Notes: generated from the letters alone by a model not told the origin. A DNA stretch of 64,000 nt from an uncultured Acidobacteriota bacterium (GCA_963843575.1 CAWJKZ010000021.1:192001-256000), one strand, 5' to 3'; numbered from the stretch's first letter, positions 27,984-38,751 are shown. Numbers and translations: made by a program.

Positions 27984-30900
27984 ATGATTACCGAAGACCC
28001 CGAACGCAAAACGCAAGTTTATGCACAGGTCGAAGAACTGCTCCGGCGCAAGGCTCCGCAGGACGACCTGGAGCTTCTGTCGGCCTTCGCGCCGGTCATG
28101 TTTGCGGAGATGCCGGACAGCATCGCCCTGAGGCTCCCGCCCGAAGCCGTCGCCGAGAGGATCTCGGCCCACTTTCGCTTTGTCGCGCGGGAGATGCCGC
28201 CGGCGATCCAGCTGTATCGGGGCCTGCCGGGCATCCACGTCTCCGCCCTGAATCCCACCGAGGAGGAGGCCCGCGCGACCGGGGGCGGGGCGGGGCTTCC
28301 CATCGAGACCACCGTCGTCCGGACCCACACGCTCGACGCCCCGTTCATATTCGAGAGCCTCAAGAACTACTTCAGCAAGGCGGGTCTGCGGGTTTTTTCG
28401 GCGGTGCACCCGATCTTTACCGTGCGGCGCCAGTGGGAGCGGGTGGTCGGCATCGCCGGGCCGCACGAGGAAGGCACGAGGGAGGTCTACTGTCAGTTCC
28501 AGATCGAACGGGTCGAGTCGAAGGAACGGCTGCGCCGGATCGAGCACGAGATTTTCTCCGTTTTGAAATCCGTGTTTCTGGCCGTCGAGGATTTCGCGGC
28601 GATGGTCCGCACCCTGGAAGGCATCGGGCCGAGGCTGCAGAGCCGGGCCGGGGATCCCGAGGAGGCCAAGTCCTCCCGCGAGTTCCTCTGCTGGCTCGCC
28701 GACGAGAACTATATATTCATGGGAACGGCTCGTTATGAGGCGGGGAGCAACGGCGACCCGGTCAGGGTGGAAGACAGCGTGCACGGGGTTTTCAAGGACC
28801 CGACCCTCCTCCCGGTCGTTTTCCCCGGGTTGCTCGAGGAAATCGAGTCGCGGATTCCCCCCGCCCCGGGCGACGATCACATCGTGGGGTTGGATTACTG
28901 CAAGAACGCCGCCGCGCTGCACCACCTCGATCCGATCGACTACGTCGTGATCCGCGAGTGGGACGCCGCCGGGAACTTCAGCGGCGCGACCCTCCTGCTG
29001 GGACGGTTCGCGCGCGGGACGTTCGTGCAGCGGGCCGACAGGATCCCCGTGCTCAAGGAGAAGGTCGACTCCATCCTCGAAGCCAGTGGGGCACTGCCGA
29101 ATTCGCACATCCACCGCGAAATCCGCGCGACGTTCAACCGCCTGCCGCTGCGCGAGCTGTTTTATTCGGACCCGGCCTCACTCAAGTCCATCATCGACCA
29201 GGTCGTGTACATGATGGGGGACAACGAGCTGGCCGTGCACATCCGCAACGGCCGGGGGTACATCGCCCTGCTGATCGCCATCTCGCGCCTCCGCTACTCC
29301 TACGGGGCCGAAGAGAGCCTCACGCAGGCGTTCACCCGGTCGTTCGGCCCGATCCACTTCCACACCTCGGCGGATTGCGGCGCGGTCAGCCTGATCATGT
29401 TCTATTTCGACGCGACACAGCTCGATCATCCCGTCGACGCGGAAGTCGTGCGCCGCATCACCGAGCCCCTCGTCATGGACTGGGAAGGTCGCGTCGCTTC
29501 CGTGCTGGAACAGGCGTTCGGCGAACGGGAAGGGCGGCGCCTGTTCAACCGGTGGGTGCGCCAGGAGAGCCGCAGCGGACTCTACCGCGAGGTGACTCCG
29601 CCCGAACTGGTGCCCGACGACATCCGGCACCTGGAGAACCTGGAGAGCCGGCTCGAGGTCCGGGCCGTGCCGCGCACGGCCGAGAGCGCGATGCTGCACT
29701 TGTACTCGATGCGGTCGCTCGGCCTCACCGGGATCCTCTCGACCCTGAAAAACTTCGGGCTCACCGTCGTCGATGAGATACGGGTCCCCCTGACTCTCCC
29801 GGAAGGCCGGAAGTGCTACCTGTACCGTCTGGAAATACAGGCTCCCCCGGCGCGCATCGCACACCTGCAGGCCGGCGGGGAGCGATTCATCGACGCCCTC
29901 CGCGCCGTCGACGAGGAACGCACGACCGAAGACGTCCTTAACGGTCTGATTTTGGACGCGGGGCTGGCCTGGCGCGAGATCGAGGTGCTCCGCACGCTGC
30001 GCAACCACCTCCTGCAGATCCGCCCGCACTACAACGCGGAGACGATCAACAGCGTGCTCCTGCGCAACAGTGCCGCGGCAGCGGCCCTGTTCCGGTCCTT
30101 CGCCTCCCGTTTCGACCCGGCCCTGGCCGGCGACCGGCAGGCTGCCATGCAGGAAGGGGCCCGCGGCATCCAGGCGGCGCTGGAGTCGGTACGGCTGCTC
30201 GCCGACGACGAAATTCTCCGGGCCCTGGACAACCTCAAGAGCGCTTCGTTGCGCACTAACTTCTTCCAGCGCCCGCAGCGCCCCGTCTTCGCCATCAAGA
30301 TCGACAGCCGCAAGGTCGAGGGGATGCCCTCGCCGAGGCCGATGTTCGAAATCTACGTTCACTCCCGGCTCCTCGAGGGGATTCACCTGCGCGGCGGCAA
30401 GGTGGCCCGGGGCGGCATCCGCTGGAGCGACCGGCACGACGATTTCCGGACCGAAATCCTCGGCCTGATGAAAACGCAGATGGTGAAAAACTCGATCATC
30501 GTCCCTGTCGGGTCCAAGGGAGGGTTCGTCCTGAAAGGGAACGTCCCCTCGCAACCCGCCCTGGATGCCTACGTCGTCGATCGCTACCGCGAGTTCGTTT
30601 CCGGGCTGCTCGACGTCACCGACAACATCGTCGACGGCCAGGTCGTCCATCCGCCCGAGGTGGTCCGTCTCGACGAAGACGATCCCTACCTGGTCGTGGC
30701 CGCCGACAAGGGGACCGCCCACCTTTCCAACACCGCCAACAGCGTCTCCAACCAGTACGGTTACTGGCTGGGCGACGCGTTCGCGTCGGGCGGCAGCCAT
30801 GGCTACGACCACAAGAAGGTCGGCATCACCGCCCGCGGGGCCTGGGAGTGCGTCAAGCACCACTTCCGCAACCTCGCGATGGACATCCAAAAGGAGCCCT

Positions 30901-32285
30901 TCACCGTCTGTGCCATCGGGGACATGGCCGGCGACGTTTTCGGCAACGGCATGCTCATGAGCCACGCGACCAGGCTGATCGCCGCGTTCAACCATGCACA
31001 CATCTTCCTGGATCCCGATCCCGACCCCGAGACCAGTTATCAGGAGCGGCTCCGCCTCTTCAACCTGCCCAGGTCCTCGTGGCGTGACTATAACGTCGAC
31101 CTGATCAGCAAGGGAGGCGGGGTTTTCGACCGGTCGGACAAGGCCATCCCGGTGAGTTCCGAAGTCCGGCGCGCGCTCGGCATCGAAGGCGAGGTTGCGA
31201 CGGGCGAAGAGATGATCCGGCGCATCGTGCTCGCGCAGGTAGACCTTCTGTACAACGGCGGCATCGGTACCTATATCAAGGCCTCCGCCGAAGAGAATGC
31301 CCACGTCGGCGACCACGCCAACGACCGGGTGCGCGTCGACGGAAAGAACGTGCGCGCCCGGGTCATCGCCGAAGGGGGCAACCTCGGCTGCACGCAGCGC
31401 GGCCGCCTGGAGTACTGGGCCGCGGGCGGGCTGTTGAACACCGACGCGGTCGACAACTCCGGCGGCGTCGACATGTCCGATCACGAGGTCAACATCAAGA
31501 TCCTGCTCGACATGCTCGTCAAACGGGGCGTGGTCCGCGGCCGCGAGGAGCGCAACCGGATCCTGGCCGAGATGACCGACGACGTCGCTGGCCTGGTGCT
31601 CGCGGACAACGACAACCAGGCGCGCGCCATCACGCTGGACGAGGTGCGCAGCGCCGCCGCCTACGAGGAGTACGCCGGCTTCGTGGAGGAACTGGTCGCC
31701 AACGGCGTCGTCAACCGGACCGACGCCGACATCCCGACCCGGGACGAACTGCTCGGCAGCCCGCAACGCGAGCGGGGCCTGCCGCGGCCCCTGCTCGCCG
31801 TCCTGCTCGGGTACACCAAAATGTGGGCGTTCAACCTGGCGATGCAGGGAACCCTGCCGGATTGCCAGCCGGCGCAGCGGTTCCTGCACGACTACTTTCC
31901 CAAGCGCCTGCAGGAGAGCTTCGGCACTTACTTCAAGGACCACGCGCTCCGCCGTGAGATCGTCGCCACCGGCGCCGTCAACTACGTCGTCAACAACGCC
32001 GGCATCGTGCTCATCCCCCGGTTGATGACGAGCGCAAACGCCTCGATCGGCGACGTCATCGAGCAGTACCTGGCCGCAGACTGCAACCTAGGTGCGGCGC
32101 CTCTGCGTCAGCAGGCGCTGAAGTCGGGGCTGGGCGCCAGACGCGAGCACGAGCTGCTCGTCGAGATCGAGGCGGCGCTCGCCGCCGCAACCCGGGCGCG
32201 TCTGGCCGGTGAGCGCGCCCGACCCGGGGTCGACCTGCTCGCCGCCGTGCGCAGCCGCCTCACTTCGCAGCGGCCTCAGCCCTGA
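27984..32285 (+). CDS. gdhB: Large NAD-specific glutamate dehydrogenase
   Basis: 1433 aa; HLRGGKVARGGIRWSDR, KNSIIVPVGSKGGF, YLVVAADKGTA, DAFASGGS, GDMAGDVFGNG, EGGNLG, DNSGGVDMSDHEVNIKI. Confidence 0.95.
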   Translation: MITEDPERKTQVYAQVEELLRRKAPQDDLELLSAFAPVMFAEMPDSIALRLPPEAVAERISAHFRFVAREMPPAIQLYRGLPGIHVSALNPTEEEARATGGGAGLPIETTVVRTHTLDAPFIFESLKNYFSKAGLRVFSAVHPIFTVRRQWERVVGIAGPHEEGTREVYCQFQIERVESKERLRRIEHEIFSVLKSVFLAVEDFAAMVRTLEGIGPRLQSRAGDPEEAKSSREFLCWLADENYIFMGTARYEAGSNGDPVRVEDSVHGVFKDPTLLPVVFPGLLEEIESRIPPAPGDDHIVGLDYCKNAAALHHLDPIDYVVIREWDAAGNFSGATLLLGRFARGTFVQRADRIPVLKEKVDSILEASGALPNSHIHREIRATFNRLPLRELFYSDPASLKSIIDQVVYMMGDNELAVHIRNGRGYIALLIAISRLRYSYGAEESLTQAFTRSFGPIHFHTSADCGAVSLIMFYFDATQLDHPVDAEVVRRITEPLVMDWEGRVASVLEQAFGEREGRRLFNRWVRQESRSGLYREVTPPELVPDDIRHLENLESRLEVRAVPRTAESAMLHLYSMRSLGLTGILSTLKNFGLTVVDEIRVPLTLPEGRKCYLYRLEIQAPPARIAHLQAGGERFIDALRAVDEERTTEDVLNGLILDAGLAWREIEVLRTLRNHLLQIRPHYNAETINSVLLRNSAAAAALFRSFASRFDPALAGDRQAAMQEGARGIQAALESVRLLADDEILRALDNLKSASLRTNFFQRPQRPVFAIKIDSRKVEGMPSPRPMFEIYVHSRLLEGIHLRGGKVARGGIRWSDRHDDFRTEILGLMKTQMVKNSIIVPVGSKGGFVLKGNVPSQPALDAYVVDRYREFVSGLLDVTDNIVDGQVVHPPEVVRLDEDDPYLVVAADKGTAHLSNTANSVSNQYGYWLGDAFASGGSHGYDHKKVGITARGAWECVKHHFRNLAMDIQKEPFTVCAIGDMAGDVFGNGMLMSHATRLIAAFNHAHIFLDPDPDPETSYQERLRLFNLPRSSWRDYNVDLISKGGGVFDRSDKAIPVSSEVRRALGIEGEVATGEEMIRRIVLAQVDLLYNGGIGTYIKASAEENAHVGDHANDRVRVDGKNVRARVIAEGGNLGCTQRGRLEYWAAGGLLNTDAVDNSGGVDMSDHEVNIKILLDMLVKRGVVRGREERNRILAEMTDDVAGLVLADNDNQARAITLDEVRSAAAYEEYAGFVEELVANGVVNRTDADIPTRDELLGSPQRERGLPRPLLAVLLGYTKMWAFNLAMQGTLPDCQPAQRFLHDYFPKRLQESFGTYFKDHALRREIVATGAVNYVVNNAGIVLIPRLMTSANASIGDVIEQYLAADCNLGAAPLRQQALKSGLGARREHELLVEIEAALAAATRARLAGERARPGVDLLAAVRSRLTSQRPQP

Positions 32286-32613
32286 TCGCCTCGATCGGCT
32301 GCGCCGGCCTCGGCGACTCGGGCTGCAGCGCGGCGGCGAGCTGCAGCTCGCCGATCGCCGCGGCGTACTCGCGCCGCGCACGGAGAGCGTCTGCCTGCTC
32401 GAAGGCGCGGACAAAGAGCCCGGCCAGGACCCTGCGTGCTACCCGCCGCTCGGCCGTGTCGCGCTCCAGGGCGGCGCTCCGCCGCAGCTGGTTCAGTCTG
32501 GAGTTGAACGCCCCCAGTGCCGCCTGTTTCCGGTCGGTGTCTTGCCGGGCGTGCCAGGCGCCGTACAGCTCACCGGATAATTGTCCTTTGTTGGTCGAAC
32601 TGTGATTGCTCAT
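32260..32613 (-). pseudogene. Probable gene remnant with a helical/TPR-like C-terminal piece
   Basis: ERRVARRVLAGL...EYAAAIGELQLAAALQPE looks coding; upstream is broken and lower in GC; ends inside the gdh 3' end. Confidence 0.35.
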
Positions 32614-33077
32614 CTCTAAGGTACTTCTTTAAGATTCGAGATCCCTTCAGGCCGGCAGCGGCCTGCTCCCGCGACGTCCCTGCCTGCCAGTTTACGGTGA
32701 ATACGTCGTCGAATCATGGTTGATAATTAGCCACTGAACGGCTGAGCTGCAAAGGAAAATATTCATTGCTTCATCGGGGATGCGTCGGCACCTCCTCGAG
32801 TTCGTAGCCGGCCTCGTGCAGCACCTGCGCCACCGACGACATGCTCGCACCCAGGCCCGGACCCACCCATCGTCAAATGACCGAGCGGCACGATGACAGC
32901 CGCGTGCGAATTCTGCCGTTTCATCGGCTCCGCTCCCTGGCCGATCGGCAGCGCGGAAAGTGGGATCTTGCATGAGCCGCGGCCCTGATGATAGGATCTG
33001 CTACTTATAACTAGCTTGGTCGGGCTGACTTCATATGCTGGAAGACCGCCGGGTCGCGGCGGCGGAGGGTGGCGTTC

Positions 33078-34115
33078 ATGCGCAAAGTTCCTTTGTCCGA
33101 ATCGCTCAGGATCATCGGACGCGGTTCCCTCAATTGGTTTGTCGAACGTCCGATCGTGGTCTCGTTCGAGGTGACCGATTCGTGCACGTGCTGGTGCAAG
33201 CACTGCGATCACGGAGGGCCCAGGGACACGTCCAAGGACATGAAGCCGGCCGACTACCGGCGCTACATGGATGTGTTGCGCCCTGTGGTTGTACAGGTCT
33301 CGGGCGGGGAACCGCTGATGCGGCGGGATCTTGCCGACGTCGTGCGCAACATCAAGTGCGAGTCCGGGATCCCTTTCATCATCCTGGTCTCCAACTGGTC
33401 CCTGATGACGGAGGAGCGCTACCTGGCCCTGCGCCAGGCCGGCGTGGACGAGTTTTGCGTCAGCCTCGATTTCCCCGACGAACGGCACGACGAGTTCCGG
33501 CAGCACAAGGGGCTGTACCGGCATCTGAATACGCTCATGCCGAAGCTCTCGGCCCACGGCTACGACGACATACTCCTGAACAACTGCATCACGGCGGAAA
33601 ACGTCTCGGAGATCAACAAGTGCGCCGACAAGGCGCGCGAATGGGGCGTCAACATCAACTTTAGCGCCTACTCCCCCCGGCGCACCGGCTGCCGCGACTA
33701 CTTCCCCAGCACCCCCGAGCAACTCCTGGTCCTGCGCCGGGAGTTGGAGCGGGTAAAGGACAGGCTCGAGGACAACCGCTGGATCGCCACCACCGAGAGC
33801 ACGATCGAAGCGACCCTGCGCTATTTCGAGGCCGGCGGCGCCCCGGGCTGCAAGGCCGGTCAGCGCTGGCTCGTGGTGACGAGCCAGGGCGCGCTGCAGC
33901 CCTGTTCCATGCAGTTCAAGCGCTACGGCCTGACCGAGCAGCGACGCATGATCCGGGAGTTCACCGCCGTCAACGACTGCGACCAGTGTTACGTCTCGAT
34001 ACGCAGCTATCTGGACAAGACCTTTCCCCAGCTCCTGCGCGAGAACGTCTCCGGTTTCTTCTCGTTCAAATCACGCCAGCTGCGCGACGGCGCCGCCCAA
34101 CCTGCCCGCTCGTAG
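33078..34115 (+). CDS. Radical SAM protein with C-terminal Cys-rich (SPASM/twitch-like) region
   Basis: CTCWCKHC, SGGEPL, VSLD; GCKAG...GALQPC...CDQC. Confidence 0.9.
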   Translation: MRKVPLSESLRIIGRGSLNWFVERPIVVSFEVTDSCTCWCKHCDHGGPRDTSKDMKPADYRRYMDVLRPVVVQVSGGEPLMRRDLADVVRNIKCESGIPFIILVSNWSLMTEERYLALRQAGVDEFCVSLDFPDERHDEFRQHKGLYRHLNTLMPKLSAHGYDDILLNNCITAENVSEINKCADKAREWGVNINFSAYSPRRTGCRDYFPSTPEQLLVLRRELERVKDRLEDNRWIATTESTIEATLRYFEAGGAPGCKAGQRWLVVTSQGALQPCSMQFKRYGLTEQRRMIREFTAVNDCDQCYVSIRSYLDKTFPQLLRENVSGFFSFKSRQLRDGAAQPARS

Positions 34116-34172
34116 GTTGGACCTGAGCAGGGACTGGGACCGCGTCGGCCCGACGCGGCCCCCACACCTCCT

Positions 34173-34346
34173 TCAAGTGCGGGGTGCAGCGTCCTGTCGG
34201 AGCGCCAGGCTGCGCTGGTAGGCCTTCCATCCCGGACACCACCCCGTGTGCCACCGCCAGAGACGAGCGAGCAGCGATTCCGGTTTTCTCTCCGAGTACC
34301 TCCTCAACTTACACTGTTCGCATGAGTACGTCCGTGCCTTTTCCAT
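34173..34346 (-). CDS. Small Cys/Trp-rich protein (57 aa)
   Basis: MEKARTYSCEQCKLR...LWRWHTGWCPGWKAY; purine-rich RBS-like sequence upstream. Confidence 0.65.
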   Translation of the reverse strand: MEKARTYSCEQCKLRRYSERKPESLLARLWRWHTGWCPGWKAYQRSLALRQDAAPRT

Positions 34347-34475
34347 ATTTTCGCGCCCCTTTGCTACCGGGTTGTTCCAAGGTGGAACAGATGATATACC
34401 GAAGGCTTCACAATGCGGGATCGAGTTTGACCGCTGCTCGGGAATCAACACCCTGACGCTTCAGGAGGCATTCTT

Positions 34476-35048
34476 ATGAATCCGGTGCTCGAGGCAATCC
34501 GTATGCGCAGGTCGGTGAGGGCGTACGACCCTCGCCCCGTCCCCAGAGACGCCGTGGCGTCCCTGATCCAGGCTGCAATCGAGGCTCCTTCCGGCATGAA
34601 TACCCAGCCTTGGCGTTTTGTCGTCGTCGAGGATCCGTCTTTCCACCGGAAACTGGTCGCGAGGGCCGTTCCCAATTCCAGGAAGTACCTGGAGCCGTTG
34701 CGCGAGGCGGATCCGGCAAGGTTTGCCGCGATGATGCGGCGGTACGAGGAGCTGGAGGACCCGGTCTACTACTCCGCCCCAATTATCATCTTCGTCATAG
34801 GCTCCGGCCCTTATGCCGCCGATTCATGCCCGCTCGCCTGCGAAAACCTGATGCTGGCGGCGCAGTCACTCGGGTTCGGCACGTGCTGGGTCAAGCTCGG
34901 CTCGCTCGTCACGGACGATCCCGACATCGTCGGCGCCCTCGAGCTCAAGGAGGGCGAGCAGATCTTCGGGCCGATCCTGCTCGGTTACCCGAAACAGCCG
35001 CCGCCACAGGCCCCGGCCCGCAGGGCCGCCGCGGTCAAGTGGATCTGA
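34476..35048 (+). CDS. Nitroreductase family protein
   Basis: [40 protein letters not shown]; AGGAGG RBS. Confidence 0.93.
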   Translation: MNPVLEAIRMRRSVRAYDPRPVPRDAVASLIQAAIEAPSGMNTQPWRFVVVEDPSFHRKLVARAVPNSRKYLEPLREADPARFAAMMRRYEELEDPVYYSAPIIIFVIGSGPYAADSCPLACENLMLAAQSLGFGTCWVKLGSLVTDDPDIVGALELKEGEQIFGPILLGYPKQPPPQAPARRAAAVKWI

Positions 35049-35116
35049 GACGCGACGGCGTGACCCGGAGGGCTTTGTCTGTTACTCTCACCGGGGTATC
35101 GGGAAAGGAAAACGCG

Positions 35117-35872
35117 ATGATCACAAGAACGGTGCGGTACACGGCGGCGCTGGCGTTTGGCGTGCTGCTGGCCTGCGCGGCGGGCCGGCTGGCGGGTGCT
35201 GCGGACCCGCCGCAGTTCAGGGACCTGTTCAACGGCAGGGACCTCACCGGCTGGGTGAACGTCAACACTGACAAGGACACATGGTCTGTGCGCGATGGAA
35301 TGCTGATATGCAAGGGCAAGCCCATCGGGGTGATGCGCACCGACCGGCAATACGAGAACTTCATCCTGCACGTCGAGTGGATGCACATGGAACCGGGAGG
35401 GAACTCGGGCACCTTCATCTGGAGCGAGGGGACGCCTGCCCCGGACGGCCCGCTGCCGAAGGGACTCGAGGTACAGATGCTCGAACTCGACTGGGTCAAC
35501 CTCAATCGCGACGCGCAGGGGAATCCGCGCCCCGTGGCCTACGTGCACGGGGAGCTCTTCGGTGCCAACGGGGTGACCACCGTGCCGGACAACCCCCGCG
35601 GCACGCGCAGCATGTCGATCGAGAACCGCTGCAAGGGAAAGGGGGAGTGGAACGTCTACGACGTCGTGGCCGTCGACGGGGTCGTCAAGCTGTCGGTGAA
35701 CGGCAAATTCGTCAACGGTATCAGCCGCTCTTCGGTCAAAAAGGGATACATCTGCCTGGAGTCGGAAGGGGCCGAGATTCATTTCCGGAACATCCAGATC
35801 ATGGAACTCCCCCCCGGCGTCACCGCCGACACGCAATCGGCGCCGGTCGCGAGCGACCCGCCCTGGAGGTGA
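35117..35872 (+). CDS. DUF1080 (3-keto-disaccharide hydrolase-like) secreted protein
   Basis: Signal peptide; [40 protein letters not shown]. Confidence 0.9.
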   Translation: MITRTVRYTAALAFGVLLACAAGRLAGAADPPQFRDLFNGRDLTGWVNVNTDKDTWSVRDGMLICKGKPIGVMRTDRQYENFILHVEWMHMEPGGNSGTFIWSEGTPAPDGPLPKGLEVQMLELDWVNLNRDAQGNPRPVAYVHGELFGANGVTTVPDNPRGTRSMSIENRCKGKGEWNVYDVVAVDGVVKLSVNGKFVNGISRSSVKKGYICLESEGAEIHFRNIQIMELPPGVTADTQSAPVASDPPWR

Positions 35873-35873
35873 C

Positions 35874-36275
35874 ATGATCCGACGCGCTGCACTCCTGTTG
35901 TCCGCCGTGCTGCTCTCGGCGGCGTTCCTGCAAACCCGACTCGTCGCGCAGTCCGCCGGCGGAGCCGCCATGCTGTCGCACGACGTGTTTTTTAGCCTCA
36001 AGGATTCTTCGGAGAGTGCCCGGGCGAGACTGGTGGAGGCCTGCCGCAAATACCTGAAGGGACACCCGGGCGAAGTTTTTTTCGCCACCGGCACCCGCGT
36101 GCAGGAGCACGTCCGGGACGTCAACGACAGGAATTTCGACGTGTCGCTGCACATCGTGTTCCGGAGCAAAGCCGACCACGACAGGTACCAGTCGGCGGAC
36201 CGGCACAAGAAGTTCATCGAGGAGAACCAGTCGGGCTGGGCGGCGGTGCGGGTCTTCGACAGCTGGATTAAATAA
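35874..36275 (+). CDS. Dabb (stress-responsive A/B barrel) protein
   Basis: HDVFFSLK...FDVSLHIVF...YQSADRHKKFI...VRVFDS. Confidence 0.85.
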   Translation: MIRRAALLLSAVLLSAAFLQTRLVAQSAGGAAMLSHDVFFSLKDSSESARARLVEACRKYLKGHPGEVFFATGTRVQEHVRDVNDRNFDVSLHIVFRSKADHDRYQSADRHKKFIEENQSGWAAVRVFDSWIK

Positions 36276-36292
36276 TGCCTCCCAAAACTCGG

Positions 36293-36325
36293 AAGTGGGT
36301 CCGGGCTGAAGTCCCGGACCCACTT
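36293..36325. terminator. Hairpin between convergent genes
   Basis: aagtgggtccggg-ctgaagt-cccggacccactt, perfect 13-bp stem. Confidence 0.75.
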
Positions 36326-36329
36326 GTCT

Positions 36330-38105
36330 TCAGGGTGTCGTGGCGGATGATTTCGGTGTGGGGTAGTAATACCCGGAGCGGGAGTGGATCTGGTAGTCGG
36401 CCGGAGGCCGGCCGAAGTGCTCGGCGAGCCGGACCTCGATGCGCCTGAAGGTTCCCGGTTGGGGATTCCCCGGGTAGTAGCCGAGCGTGTAGCGCAGTTT
36501 GAGGCGTTCGACGGCGGTCTTGAGGGCCGCGTCGAGCGACCCGTTCCCGGCGACCTCGATGATTTCTCCCCCGGTCTCCTCTGTGATCTTCGGCACCGGG
36601 CCTGACCCTCCGATCAGGTTCGGGAGCCGCAGGGTCAGCGGCAGCGCCTCGCCGGCAGTCTTGACGCTGTAGACGACGGTCTCGGTTTCCATGGCCAGCC
36701 GGATCGTCTGGCCCAGGTCCGCGCGGGGCCTGGTCGTGGCGTGGTTGTCGGAGATCAGGATTACGGCGCGGCGGCTCTCGGGTGCCACCATGCTGAGATA
36801 GTTGACTGCGTCGTGAACGGCGTCGACGATGTTGGTGCCGCCCCCGCCGTGAATGGTCGCGATCCGATCCGCGACGCGCTGGCGGTCCGTGGTCAGCTCC
36901 TCGAGCCGCTCGGCGGCTGCGGCGAAGGAGAACAGGCAGACCTGGTCGCCCGGCTTGAGCTGCATCAGGGCGCGATAGGCGGCGTGGCGGATTTCGTTCA
37001 TGTAAGGGGCGACGCTGCCGCTGCGGTCGACGACCAGGGCGACGGCGAGCGGAAGTTCGTCGCGCGAAAGGGACTGGATCGGCTGCTCGACCCCGTCTTC
37101 AAACAACCGGAAATCCCCGCGGCCGAGGTTTTCCATGGGCCTGCCCGCGCGGTCGCGCACCAGCGCGTCGACCTGCACCAGCTGAACCGCGACGCTCAGC
37201 TTGAAGGCGTTGGGGTCGGCGGAGGCCTCCGAGCGGGGCGCCGGGGTCGGCGCAGCAGGTTCGGGTGCCGGCGCCGGCTCGATCCTGGCGACCTCGGCCG
37301 GGGGAGCGGGCACCGGCGGGGCGCGGCGGGAGAGGGTGGGCCGGGGCGCGTTGCGGGATTCGGGAACGGATTCCTCCTCCGGCACGCGAAGCTCGCCCGT
37401 GAAGGGTGCGGCGGTTCGTGCCGCGATCTCGGCGACTCGGAGCGCGGTTTCCGCGGGTATGTCCAGCCGGCGGTCGAACCTCGCCTCGAAGATGGTGTTG
37501 CGCGGCAGGTCCACGTCGGGGCCGCGGCGCAGCAGGACCTGGGCGAGGCCGACGCCCGCGCCGATGGCACCGCCGTACATTACTCCCCGCGCGCCGCCCA
37601 GTATCCCGATGACGGCGCCCTGCATCCCGCCATGCAGGACGGCGGCGGCGCTGCCGCCGCTCCCCGATTCTCCTCGGACCTTGGGGTCCGAGTCCTTCGC
37701 CTTCTCCACCGGACTGACCCCCACCCTCACGATCGAAGCCGGCAGCGGGAGGCTGGTCCCGTCGGCGAGCTGCACCTTGTCCAGGCGCAGTTGGATCTCC
37801 GAGCGCCCGGATATCCGCCCGGCACGCTTGGCGAGCGTGACGGTGCCCTGGACCACGCTGCCGCGCGGCAGCGCGACCCGGTCGCCGACGCGCACGTCGC
37901 GCAGGACCCGAAATGCGACCTTGTCCCCCTTGCGCGTGGACCGGGTGTGCAGGGATGTCTCGAGTTCGATGACGAGCTTCTCGCCTGCATCGACGCTCAC
38001 GGCTCCCGCCTCGGGCGGCGTGACCCCGGGTCGGGTCGATTGCGAACCCGACAGCGCCGCCGGAAGGCAAAGCAGCCAGGTGTAAAACGCAATGCGAGAT
38101 CTCAT
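36330..38105 (-). CDS. Acidobacterial-type VWA protein with an N-terminal TrbI/VirB10-like beta domain
   Basis: LVQVDALVRD..FRLFEDGVEQ, DRSGS MIDAS, GGT, LISD, TGG, YTLGYYP; N-terminal LETSL..G.V..AKRAGRI plus a glycine zipper. Confidence 0.85.
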   Translation of the reverse strand: MRSRIAFYTWLLCLPAALSGSQSTRPGVTPPEAGAVSVDAGEKLVIELETSLHTRSTRKGDKVAFRVLRDVRVGDRVALPRGSVVQGTVTLAKRAGRISGRSEIQLRLDKVQLADGTSLPLPASIVRVGVSPVEKAKDSDPKVRGESGSGGSAAAVLHGGMQGAVIGILGGARGVMYGGAIGAGVGLAQVLLRRGPDVDLPRNTIFEARFDRRLDIPAETALRVAEIAARTAAPFTGELRVPEEESVPESRNAPRPTLSRRAPPVPAPPAEVARIEPAPAPEPAAPTPAPRSEASADPNAFKLSVAVQLVQVDALVRDRAGRPMENLGRGDFRLFEDGVEQPIQSLSRDELPLAVALVVDRSGSVAPYMNEIRHAAYRALMQLKPGDQVCLFSFAAAAERLEELTTDRQRVADRIATIHGGGGTNIVDAVHDAVNYLSMVAPESRRAVILISDNHATTRPRADLGQTIRLAMETETVVYSVKTAGEALPLTLRLPNLIGGSGPVPKITEETGGEIIEVAGNGSLDAALKTAVERLKLRYTLGYYPGNPQPGTFRRIEVRLAEHFGRPPADYQIHSRSGYYYPTPKSSATTP

Positions 38106-38241
38106 GGAAAGTCGCCGGTCCTTCCTGCCCGATGATCTAGATGCGGCCAGCAGTCGTCCGGTTCATACCCTTTTCGCAGGGCGGGAGGTGCGCTATATTT
38201 TCCCAACGATTCTAACGACGATTATATCAGACGGAGGGGGT

Positions 38242-38751
38242 ATGAAGGCTTGGGGCCCGATCACGTTTTGGGCTTTTGGCCTGGCGCTGCTTGCGCCGGC
38301 TCAGGCCCGCGCGGAGACGACCGCGCAGGCCGGCTTCGAGAAGCTGGCGGCACTGGCAGGCCAATGGAAGGCGGAGACGCCCGAGGGCCAGGTTGCGACC
38401 GCCAACTACAGGGTCGTATCCAACGGTAGCGCCGTGATGGAGGAGGTGACGACCCCGGACGGCGTCTCGATGGTCACGATGTATCACCTGGACGGCGACA
38501 ACCTGGTCCTCACCCACTACTGTGCGGCGAAAAACCAGCCCCGGATGAAAGCTGACCTGGGCGCCAGCAGCCCGGGAGAGTTGCGGTTCAGATTTCTCGA
38601 CGCGACCAACCTGGCGGATCGAAACACCGGCCACATGCGCGACTTGACGGTCAGGTTCCAGGACGAAAAACACATGTCGCAGGAGTGGATTTTCCGCAAG
38701 GACGGCAAGGACCAACCGCCGCACCCGTTTCATTACGAGCGCGTACGCTGA
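38242..38751 (+). CDS. Secreted hypothetical protein
   Basis: Signal peptide; MVTMYHLDG..LTHYCAAKNQPRM; GGAGG RBS. Confidence 0.8.
   Translation: MKAWGPITFWAFGLALLAPAQARAETTAQAGFEKLAALAGQWKAETPEGQVATANYRVVSNGSAVMEEVTTPDGVSMVTMYHLDGDNLVLTHYCAAKNQPRMKADLGASSPGELRFRFLDATNLADRNTGHMRDLTVRFQDEKHMSQEWIFRKDGKDQPPHPFHYERVR

Noticed and set aside
34476-35048. Nitroreductase as the dehydro-F420 reductase (FbiB C-terminal/FbiE role)
   Set aside because: 32 kb from the cof genes and generic in sequence; nothing links them.
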